This document shows, piece after piece, positions 1 through 7,898 of a stretch of DNA of 64,000 nt. Below the pieces are notes generated by a model. That model was not told where the DNA came from, did no database searches, and saw only the letters and a program-made list of their open reading frames with translations. Location: assembly GCA_000091205.1 (NCBI GenBank), contig AP006495.2; one strand, given 5' to 3'. The translations under genes and the position numbers were made by a program. Origin of the DNA: Cyanidioschyzon merolae (taxonomy: Eukaryota). Position 1 is the first letter of the stretch; each line of letters begins with the position of its first letter.

Positions 1-220
1 GGATGAAGAAATCAAAGAGGCGGATCCTGCGACGCAGGAGGTGCATGAGAAGGGCCTCGTCGTTGACGCGGCGAAGCATGAAGATGAGAAGGAGGCGGAT
101 CCTGCGACACAGGAGGTGCATGACAAGGGCCTCGTCGTTGACGCGGCGAAGCATGAAGATGAGAAGGAGGCGGATCCCGCGACACAGGAGGTGCATGGCA
201 AGGGCCTCGTCGTTGGCACG
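1..220 (+). repeat. 75-bp tandem repeat array, about 3 units, truncated by the window start. In frame it encodes a 25-aa acidic unit [25 protein letters not shown]. It is a near-identical copy of the array at 24516-24815.
   Basis: Direct reading of the sequence: unit 'gaagatgagaaggaggcggatcctgcgacacaggaggtgcatgacaagggcctcgtcgttgacgcggcgaagcat' repeats head-to-tail. The ORF track shows the same 25-aa peptide reiterated. Confidence 0.9.
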
Positions 221-1040
221 GACCCTGGGAATACGAATATCATGACCATTGCAGCACCGAAGCGTGCGGTAGATGGCATTGACGGCAACTTACGTGAGAG
301 CGACTTGCGTCTGTTGAGGTTCTCAAGAACTAGATATTCTCGAGAATCCGGTATAATGAATGCGAGGAAGAAAATTGAGACACGGAATGCAGGAATGAAG
401 GATCACCTGGAAGCTTTGAGCGAGGTGACAAGCCGATGAGCGGACTTTGAAGCTTTTCTGAAATTCATGCAAGTTCGCGTTGCTCATTGGGATGCGCTGT
501 GGAAAGAGTACACCAAGCCCCGGTGGGCTCGATTGCGAATGAATCTACACTGTGGGAAGCGGCGCGCGTTCGCGAACTTTTTCAATCGGCTGAGCGCCCT
601 GAAGGAGAATGAAAGTCAGAGGCTCATAGTAGCTTATTGGGCTGGGCGCTGGATGACCCAAAAAGGAACGACGCCAGCCCCGACGACAAGAACGTACAAG
701 GAGTGCGCACACTGTTTCGTCACGATACCTGTAGATAAGTTCCGAACATCGTATACACGCCACGAGCTGGGGTGTACACTTCAGAGCGTCGAGAAAGGAA
801 AGTGCCAGCGGAGCCCTGGTGATATACAAACGTACGGACCGCTGACCGAAGAGCAAATGGAAAGAAGGGCGAAAGTTCGAGGATTGCTCGCATTAGAAAG
901 TACAACTACGAATGGCGAGAAACGCGTAGCGTTTGTGAATTGAGACTTGAACGCCGCATGCAGTGGAAGGAAATGTGCGGTGATGGAAAGAAGCTCCCAT
1001 CGTGGACAGGAGAGAACTTTGTGGGACACCCTCTCAATGT
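41..1040 (+). pseudogene. Degenerate TnpB/Fanzor-like (OMEGA-type RuvC nuclease) ORF, copy a. It is split over two frames, ORF 41-439 and ORF 467-943, followed by an in-frame TGA at 941-943 that interrupts the RuvC-III motif.
   Basis: RuvC-I-like '[13 protein letters not shown]' at 266-304. TnpB zinc-finger-like 'PAPTTRTYKECAHCF'. 'RVAFVN*DLNAACS' at 926-965 matches the TnpB/Cas12 RuvC-III consensus D-R-D-x-N-A-A-x-N-I except for the stop. The intact version 'NRDLNAVINIRRY' is present in paralog c. Confidence 0.5.
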
Positions 1041-1190
1041 GGAACTATATGAGACAAGATTGAAAGCATTCGTACATGGCCCGCCGAGAAAGCCTCCGAG
1101 GCGTCTGCACATCAGTTGGCATCGTCTTGTCTAGGGCGGGACACTCGCCACTACTGTACCACTGGCAGCAACGTTTTTCTTTTGAAAAGC
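220..1190 (+). mobile_element. Repeat-family copy a (Fanzor/TnpB-like element remnant). It is homologous to 24816-25797; identity is near-perfect up to ~1030 and then falls to roughly 70% before ending in a conserved block 'ggcagcaacgtttttcttttgaaa'.
   Basis: Direct comparison of the two loci in the sequence. Homology stops at ~1190 / ~25797, after which the flanks are unrelated. Confidence 0.55.
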
Positions 1191-1595
1191 GTTTGCTGTC
1201 GGGGCTTCTCAAGGCCGAGCGCCCGGTCAACGTCGCGCTAGGCTGAACTCACTGACCTACGAGAGACGCCTTCCTAGTGTTCGTCTCGGTGCCTGGCGTT
1301 TGCATGGAACTTTCTCGACAGTCTATATCTGTTTCCACACTTTTACGACTGTTTACGTAGCCTTGACTGGTAGGTATCGGTAGCAGACTAAAACGCGGGT
1401 AGACTTTCGGTGACCGAATAGCCAAAGCGAGTCTGTCCTGTGCTAGGACGCTGTTGCTCGGCAGTCTCTACGCGACATAAGCGTCCCACTTGGTGGTCGT
1501 TGCTGCTGTTATTGTCGTGGTGTTGTTCTTGTTGGTGTCGGAGGTGGTAACTGGATCCGTGTCTCAGAACATTCCTGCCTCGCGGGTGCCACGAA

Positions 1596-4370
1596 ATGGC
1601 TTTCGTCAGCACTGTCCATTGCTCGAGGTTTCGCCTCTATGAGACTTGCGGAGCTCAACGCTTGATTGCGTTCTCCGTTCGGTGGCGGTCGTTGAAGCGC
1701 TGTCGCCTGAGACCTGTGTGCGAGTTGTCGAGCGATGGGCAGCTGGAGCCGCGGCGTAATCCGCTGAACAAAGCCGATGATTCGAGCGAAGGACAGGAAC
1801 GCTCTGAATCCGAGCGTTCGCAGTGGACTGAGGAAGCGCGCCGCCAGTGGCCCGAGTACGAGCCGGGCTTTGTGCCACGCTCCCGGAACGACCTGGACGC
1901 AGAAGAATACCCGACGAGCACCCCCGGCGACAGCAGTGGTGGTGCCGGCATCGCTGCGGGCTACGTGACAGGCTCCCGAGAGGTGATCCATGATCCCGTT
2001 GTCGTGTCGCGACGAGAGCTTCTCTACGCTGTGATTAGTATTGCAATAATCGTCACAGGCATTCTGGGGACAGTCTATCGTCGCTCGCTTCGCTGGTTTT
2101 CTCTAGCCGGTGTCTTTGGAAGCCTGCGACGTCGATACCCGCCACCGAACGCAAATCTGCGAGAGTTCATGATGGAGTGTGAAGCCGGCGCTGGACCGGT
2201 AGCACCGGCGCTGCAACACTGTTATTACATTCAGTGGCTGGGGGGTGCCTCCTCAGCACTTGAGGCTGCTCCTGGACATTGCACGGGGAAGAAGCTCCTC
2301 GTGCTGCTGCTTTGGCGAGCCACCGATTCGGGAACCGGGGCTGCCCTGGACGTTCTGGAAAACCTGCGGCCATATATGGACTTTATTGACATTGTCTGCA
2401 TGCACACGCCCAAATTCGATGGCGAACGCCCACCCCGCTTCGTTCAACTCTCTGCCAAGTACCATGAAATGAATTTTCCCTACGGAGCTGATGTCTCGCT
2501 TCGTCTGTGGCGGGATCTCGGAGTAACGGTCTGGCCCACTGCAGTTGTGCTTTCACCGCGTTCCAAACGAGTGTTGTTCGCCTTCGAGGGCTACCGTGCG
2601 CTCCCCCGAATTCTGCTATGTGTTCGCGCTGCTATCGACTTTTACTTTCCCCGGCGCGTGGCAACGCAACCGCCTCCGGAGCCTTCCTTGCGTTCGGAGC
2701 AGCTACCCTCTGGTAAGTCGGCTCGGCTTGGGGCGCACTCTGATGCGTTTCCTATATCCGCAGGTGCTTTGAGCGAGCTGCTGGAGAACAGACGGCGAGC
2801 GCTGGCGTCTGCTGAAGACACCGCTAGTCTCAAGGAGCAACGAAGCTCCACTCGTACTTCGAAGCGCAGTTCACGAAAGCGCGACAAGGCCTCCCCCGAA
2901 TCGCGACTACCAACCCGCTCGCCACTGCCTCCGCAGGACGTTTACGGGCGCCAGATACTCGCTCTCCTGGATACATCTCGCCAAGCGCTCGCTCTGCGGT
3001 TTCCCGGCAAATTAGACGTCCACGCTGAGAGCGATCGTCTGTTTATTGCGGATAGTGGCCACCACCGGATCCTGGTTACCAAACTCTCTGGTGAATTCAT
3101 CGAGCAGATTGGTGGACGAGAGGGTGCCGGCTTTCGAGACGGTACCTTCTCCGAGGCGCTTTTCCAGTACCCCCAGGGCCTAGTCTTTGATCCACTGGGA
3201 AATCGATTGATTGTGGCAGACTCGGGAAACAATGCACTGCGTATTGTCCGTTTCTCGGATGGAACTGTGAGCACCGCATCTGTGGCACCACTTGTCAAGG
3301 AGACCGACGTGCAAGGCGTCATGGAGCGCAGCATATCCATGCAGGACCGCGAATCCGGGCGGCACCGAGCGGCTGTCTCGGCAGCAGCAACAGAGCCACC
3401 TGCAGCGTCCGAAGGAACACCGTTCTGGGCCTGGCAACGACGCTGGTTCAAACCAGAACGAACGCGTCCTGCGGTGCAGCGTCAATACGAGCAGTTGCTC
3501 AGCGTTGCGGACGCCGATGTGCGCTTTGCCGAGGTCAACGACCGCTCCAACAACACGAGCAGCGCTGCCAAATCCAACAGCAAACCAGGAACCACACACC
3601 AAAGAACTGGCATCGCTGCAAATAGCTCGCCGCTCTCGCTAACACCGAGCCCACGCAGTCGTTTCCGACTTCCCTGGGATGTCAAGATGCATGCCGGATC
3701 CGTTTATGTGGCGGTTGCAGGATCGCACCAGATATGGCGTTTGGATTCTACCGGGATCCTCCGAGAATACCGCGGTAGTGGCAAACCAGGCCTCGTGGAT
3801 GATGCCGAGGGCTCCCGGGTTCCGGTGTCGTTTGCGGCGCCTCATGGTGTGTGCGTCCAGGGGACGTGTCTCTATGTCACAGACTCGGACTCGTCTACGG
3901 TTCGCGCCATCGACCTGCGCGCTCAGTGGACACGAACGATTGTAGGCGGCGACGTCTTCTTCCTCGAGAGCCTGTCAACGTTTGGCGACCGAGACGGCTG
4001 GGGCCGCGGCGGGCACCTCCAGTACCCGTGCGGGTGTTGTGCGCTTCCAGATGGTCAGATTCTGCTCGCAGATACGTTGAATCACAAGATCAAGGTATTG
4101 AACCTGGAGCTTCGAGACGTCCGAACGCTGGCTGGGTCCGGAGAGCCTGGGCTCCATGACGGTGCCAGCACACAGGCAGCTTTTTTTGCTCCACAGGGCA
4201 TCGCATACGATCCCACCGTTCGAATGGCGTATGTTGCGGACACGTACAATCACTGCATTCGACAAGTCGACGTTGCCACGGGCACGGTGCGCACGCTCAC
4301 CCTGACTCCTCCGGCGGTTTTGGAAGCGCTCGCTGCGCCCGCTGCGGAAACCTCACCCAACGGTCGATAG
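1596..4370 (+). CDS. NHL-repeat beta-propeller protein with one TM helix and a thioredoxin-like region (NHLRC2 / SOQ1-like architecture), 924 aa.
   Basis: TM helix 'LLYAVISIAIIVTGILGTVY'. A Trx-fold-like stretch 'KKLLVLLLWRATDSGTGAALDVLENL' follows. Six NHL blades are recognisable (e.g. 'LFIADSGHHRILV', 'NRLIVADSGNNALRIV', 'LYVTDSDSSTVRAIDL', 'AYVADTYNHCIRQVDV'). The 924-aa ORF is uninterrupted. Confidence 0.8.
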   Translation: MAFVSTVHCSRFRLYETCGAQRLIAFSVRWRSLKRCRLRPVCELSSDGQLEPRRNPLNKADDSSEGQERSESERSQWTEEARRQWPEYEPGFVPRSRNDLDAEEYPTSTPGDSSGGAGIAAGYVTGSREVIHDPVVVSRRELLYAVISIAIIVTGILGTVYRRSLRWFSLAGVFGSLRRRYPPPNANLREFMMECEAGAGPVAPALQHCYYIQWLGGASSALEAAPGHCTGKKLLVLLLWRATDSGTGAALDVLENLRPYMDFIDIVCMHTPKFDGERPPRFVQLSAKYHEMNFPYGADVSLRLWRDLGVTVWPTAVVLSPRSKRVLFAFEGYRALPRILLCVRAAIDFYFPRRVATQPPPEPSLRSEQLPSGKSARLGAHSDAFPISAGALSELLENRRRALASAEDTASLKEQRSSTRTSKRSSRKRDKASPESRLPTRSPLPPQDVYGRQILALLDTSRQALALRFPGKLDVHAESDRLFIADSGHHRILVTKLSGEFIEQIGGREGAGFRDGTFSEALFQYPQGLVFDPLGNRLIVADSGNNALRIVRFSDGTVSTASVAPLVKETDVQGVMERSISMQDRESGRHRAAVSAAATEPPAASEGTPFWAWQRRWFKPERTRPAVQRQYEQLLSVADADVRFAEVNDRSNNTSSAAKSNSKPGTTHQRTGIAANSSPLSLTPSPRSRFRLPWDVKMHAGSVYVAVAGSHQIWRLDSTGILREYRGSGKPGLVDDAEGSRVPVSFAAPHGVCVQGTCLYVTDSDSSTVRAIDLRAQWTRTIVGGDVFFLESLSTFGDRDGWGRGGHLQYPCGCCALPDGQILLADTLNHKIKVLNLELRDVRTLAGSGEPGLHDGASTQAAFFAPQGIAYDPTVRMAYVADTYNHCIRQVDVATGTVRTLTLTPPAVLEALAAPAAETSPNGR

Positions 4371-5162
4371 CCGCCCAGCATCGGTATTGGTTACGGTGCG
4401 AGGCGTGCAGTGGACGAAGCGTCCACAGGAAGCACGCTGATCGACGCGATTGGTGTCGAATTGCCTCCCTCAAGTCGACATAGAAGCCTCTATGATAAAA
4501 GTCCCAGCAAACTGAGTATTTCGGCTTGGTTACGACGGAAACAGTGGCTCCAGTGCAAATGCAGCATCGATTCCCGCAGCTTGCAGCGGCGACTGCCCGT
4601 GCTATTACCGAAGGGCATGTAGCGCTGGATTCGTGACCGTGCGAGGCATCTTTATACCGCTGTATACCGATGACTTGAGTCGCATCCATATGATCGTTTG
4701 AGGGACACGGATTCAGCCTGTGTTCAGGATGCCAGCTGATAGCTCAGAGACAGGCAGAAACTGCGGGTGCTCCGGCACATGACTTTGACAATTCGCGGCA
4801 AGTAGGCCAGAGTTGACTCCATGGAATCTTGCGTCCGAGCAGCGTCTCGGACGTATCTAGGACTTTAGACAAGCTTTGGAGACGGGTGCATGCACGGCAG
4901 TTTTCGTAGTCTGCATTCCGCGAAGAATATTACACCCTTGGAAAGCTATGTCGCGCGTTGAGCGCTGAACACGCTGTCCCGTTCAGTATCGTCGTGCATT
5001 GCAAGGCGTCACGCTTTCTTTCGCGACGTCCAATCCCAGCATTTCCCTGTTGACGAAACCTAATTTCTTTACTGAACTGGACCAGTAACTCTGGAACCGC
5101 GCCCAGTTCGTCGCTGCAGAACGGGAACGCGCCATCCGGACGCTCCGGTGGCAGCAGGCCGG

Positions 5163-5990
5163 TTACTCCTCGGGTCGATTTCGCACCAGCTTCAGTTCAG
5201 ACTCCATCGCCTCGATTTCATCTCGCGGACCCTTGACGTACAGGATCGCTTTCGAGTCCGACGACACAGGATCGACTCGAAAACGGAACTCCTCCTCCCG
5301 TTGGTTTGTGTTCCAATAGTAGAACCACATCAGCGGCGACAGCAGTATTAGCGCATACCACCAGTCGCTGTTACCAGGAAGCAGAACCTTGGCAGCCAAG
5401 GCGAACCCGTACAACCCGCCTGCTGCGCAGAAAACGAGAAACGCCCCGATCGCGACACTCGGTTGCGTGCGTCCGCGAAAGACGAGTACCCGGGAGGCCT
5501 CTCGCTCGCGCGGCACGTACTTCCGCGCAGTAAGGTAGTCACCTACCAGTTTCTCGATGGTTACAATATCACTCTCCTTTGTGTCAATAAAGGTATAGTT
5601 GGTTTGTTCGATGCGCGGGCGCCCACTCGCTACCATGAACCTGACGAACCCTACCAGCGTCAGCAGGAACGTCAGACCGCCGACGATCCGAGGCGCGGTG
5701 GTGTTCGCCACCTCTGCTGTTGTCGTCACCGATGCATGGGCAACCGCGGGAACGCCCACGCATCCGTATGCAAAGAGCTGTGCCAAGTCGCGCGTGGGTA
5801 GTGGTAGCGCTTGCTCCACACGATTGTGTGAACGCTGCTTCCTGACAAGAGCGGGCGTCTGCTCCGCATGCAATCGGAAGAGGCGGCATCGCTGTTGTTG
5901 TAATCGGTGTACGTGCGTCCCTTGCCACTTTATCGCAGTGAAAGAGCAGAACATTGCACGAGCACTGGCATGAATCCCGTTCGACGCCAT
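5163..5990 (-). CDS. Small two-TM membrane protein. The conserved C-terminal part 'NYTFIDTKESDIVTIEKLVGDYL...PGNSDWWYALILLSPLMWFYYW' possibly belongs to the plastid CCB1/DUF3529 family. The ORF extends to 6362, but the likely start is an internal Met at ~5990 or ~5636.
   Basis: 399-aa ORF on the minus strand. Hydrophobic helices 'IVGGLTFLLTLVGFVRFMV' and 'AIGAFLVFCAAGGLYGFALAA'. The 5' 40 bp of the ORF (6320-6362) lies inside a dispersed repeat, so the longest-ORF start is doubtful. The family assignment is from memory and uncertain. Confidence 0.45.
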   Translation of the reverse strand: MASNGIHASARAMFCSFTAIKWQGTHVHRLQQQRCRLFRLHAEQTPALVRKQRSHNRVEQALPLPTRDLAQLFAYGCVGVPAVAHASVTTTAEVANTTAPRIVGGLTFLLTLVGFVRFMVASGRPRIEQTNYTFIDTKESDIVTIEKLVGDYLTARKYVPREREASRVLVFRGRTQPSVAIGAFLVFCAAGGLYGFALAAKVLLPGNSDWWYALILLSPLMWFYYWNTNQREEEFRFRVDPVSSDSKAILYVKGPRDEIEAMESELKLVRNRPEE

Positions 5991-6319
5991 GACTGAAGCG
6001 ACTCGGAGTACGTTCACGTTCGAACGGGAGTCTTGGGCGAGGCTCCATGCATGCCGCGGCATCTGCAGTGCGAATCGCCGGCGGGCAGCGCGCGGCTGCG
6101 GCTCTGAAGAAGACCCTCGATCGTGGCGTGATCGATGAACATAGGATCCTGAACTACTCGCATTGTTCCAGATTACAAGGCTTTTCTGCGTTTTCTTTCG
6201 ATATACAGCCTGGATATTCCAACTGTGGCTACACGGAGCTTGAACCTTCAGGTGTAGATATAGGATTCCAGGTCTTTTTTTCGGGAGTGACCTTGTCGAC
6301 GTGTTGGTGCTGGGTTTCG

Positions 6320-7010
6320 TCAGATCAACGGAATCAAGATGATTCGCGATACCCTCGAACAAGCTTTCCTATAATAACGGGAATCATAATCCAATGTATA
6401 TGGACATGCCTCCGGTGCTCTGGTCTCCGCACTGCAGCACGCTCGAACCAAGTGCGCTTCAAGTTCTCGATCTCTCCGTTCCAAGCGACGCCAGGGCGCA
6501 GCGATTGACGCCGTCGGATGTACGAAGAAAAATGCTCCATATCGGCAGTTGAAGAATTGCTCACAAGCTTATGAAAAAATTCACTTATCATGCTGCGTCA
6601 GTGAATCGATCCCGTTCGGGAAACGATTTCCTATGCCTTTGCGGCGATCGACGAAACGTACTTCGACGCCTGCATGATACCTGTCACGGGATTTGCTCCC
6701 AAAGGCTCTCGTCTCTTCTGTTTCCATGAGAAAGCGTCTTGGACTCCGACTTGAGTCATCGCAGCGATCGCTTCTTGTGGAGCGTGCGTCACTGTTTTCC
6801 ACGAAGAAAGTGGATTCGTATCGACATTTCTCGACTTGTTCTCCAACCTTGATTCTTCTTTCGGTATCTGTTTCATCTTGGCCAACATCATGTTCCAGAA
6901 ATCATCTATCCGCTGAAAAACCATGAGCTCGTGTGTGCAGCTGACAGAGTACATGGCAAGCGGATCGCCCAAATCAGTACTGTGACCCATTGGTACGGCA
7001 CCTCGGGCAC
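6320..7010. repeat. Solo copy of the ~700-bp 'tail' segment of the dispersed repeat family. It is homologous to 13980-14650 downstream of Fanzor-like copy c.
   Basis: Shared blocks read in both places: 'caagatgattcgcga', 'cttcaRgttYtcgatctctcYgttYcaaggcgac..gcgcagcgattSRYgcc', 'gtcatcgcagcgatYgc', 'atcgcccaRaWcagtactgKtRSSS'. Confidence 0.6.
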
Positions 7011-7061
7011 GTAAGCGGAGGCGGGAATCGGGGAGTCTTCTGTGCCCGCCACGGGCATGCA

Positions 7062-7433
7062 GCGAGCGATGTGGCAAGCGCTCACACGGCATGAGGCAGC
7101 CTCCGGAGGACGTCAAGGCGGACACACAGGAAAGTTCCTGACCACACTCAAGTAGCGAGCGATGTGGCAAGAGCTCACACGGCATGAGGCAGCCTCCGGA
7201 GGACGTCAAGGCGGACACACAGGAAAGTTCCTGACCACACTCAAGTAGCGAGCGATGTGGCAAGAGCTCACACGGCATGAGGCAGCCTCCGGAGGACGTC
7301 AAGGCGGACACACAGGAAAGTTCCTGACCACACTCAAGTAGCGAGCGATGTGGCAAGCACTCACACGGCATGAGGCAGCCTCCGGAGGACGTCAAGGCGG
7401 ACACACAGGAAAGTTCCTGACCACACTCAAGTG
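7062..7433. repeat. 93-bp minisatellite, 4 tandem units.
   Basis: Unit 'gcgagcgatgtggcaagRgctcacacggcatgaggcagcctccggaggacgtcaaggcggacacacaggaaagttcctgaccacactcaagta' begins at 7062, 7155, 7248 and 7341. Units are contiguous with no spacers. Confidence 0.95.
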
Positions 7434-7898
7434 TCATCGCCGCGACAGGCGCACCGAGTGTCCATCCAAAGAAGCTTCAGTGAGCAAGCGCAACGTCGAT
7501 CGCAGCTTCCGCCTTTAGGTAAACAATGCGATAAAAAAGCAGCAGTCGGAAACAACGAGCATCGGCACGCTTTATCTGCTATGAGTGTCTATCGACAGTT
7601 GCTCATAGAGCTGGAGCCCCAGAAGAGACCGACGTTCCTAAAAGTTGGAGATAAGACGCGGGAAACCGTAGCAGTCGAAAAAAAGTTTCGCATACGCAGG
7701 TATTGAGGATAGCAAGAAGATGCCGCAAACACGAGGGCGTGCGTTCGGGTCCGAGGAACCCCCCCCCCCCGGTTCCAAGCCACGGCGCTGTGGATGTTCC
7801 AGGACGCTGCGCGTTGCGAGTCCGCTCTGCGAGCGCGCATTTTCCGTGTCCCAAGTATACAAATTCATATAGTTCTGTCCTGACATGTACTACACGGA

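Noticed and set aside
4730-4800. tRNA-like string 'gccagctgatagctcagagacaggcag...' reminiscent of a D-arm.
   Set aside because: D-stem and T-loop pairings do not work and there is no TTCRANY box. No tRNA could be supported anywhere by eye. A tRNAscan run is still needed.
5990-6362. Using the longest-ORF start (6362) for the membrane-protein gene.
   Set aside because: The first 40 bp fall inside the dispersed repeat. The N-terminal 120 aa are low-complexity with no conservation. An internal Met is a more plausible start, but this remains uncertain.
7062-7433. The tandem arrays (75, 93, 96 bp) as CRISPR arrays.
   Set aside because: Units are contiguous with no unique spacers. Unit lengths are far above CRISPR repeat size. 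The sequence context is eukaryotic nuclear DNA and no cas genes are present.
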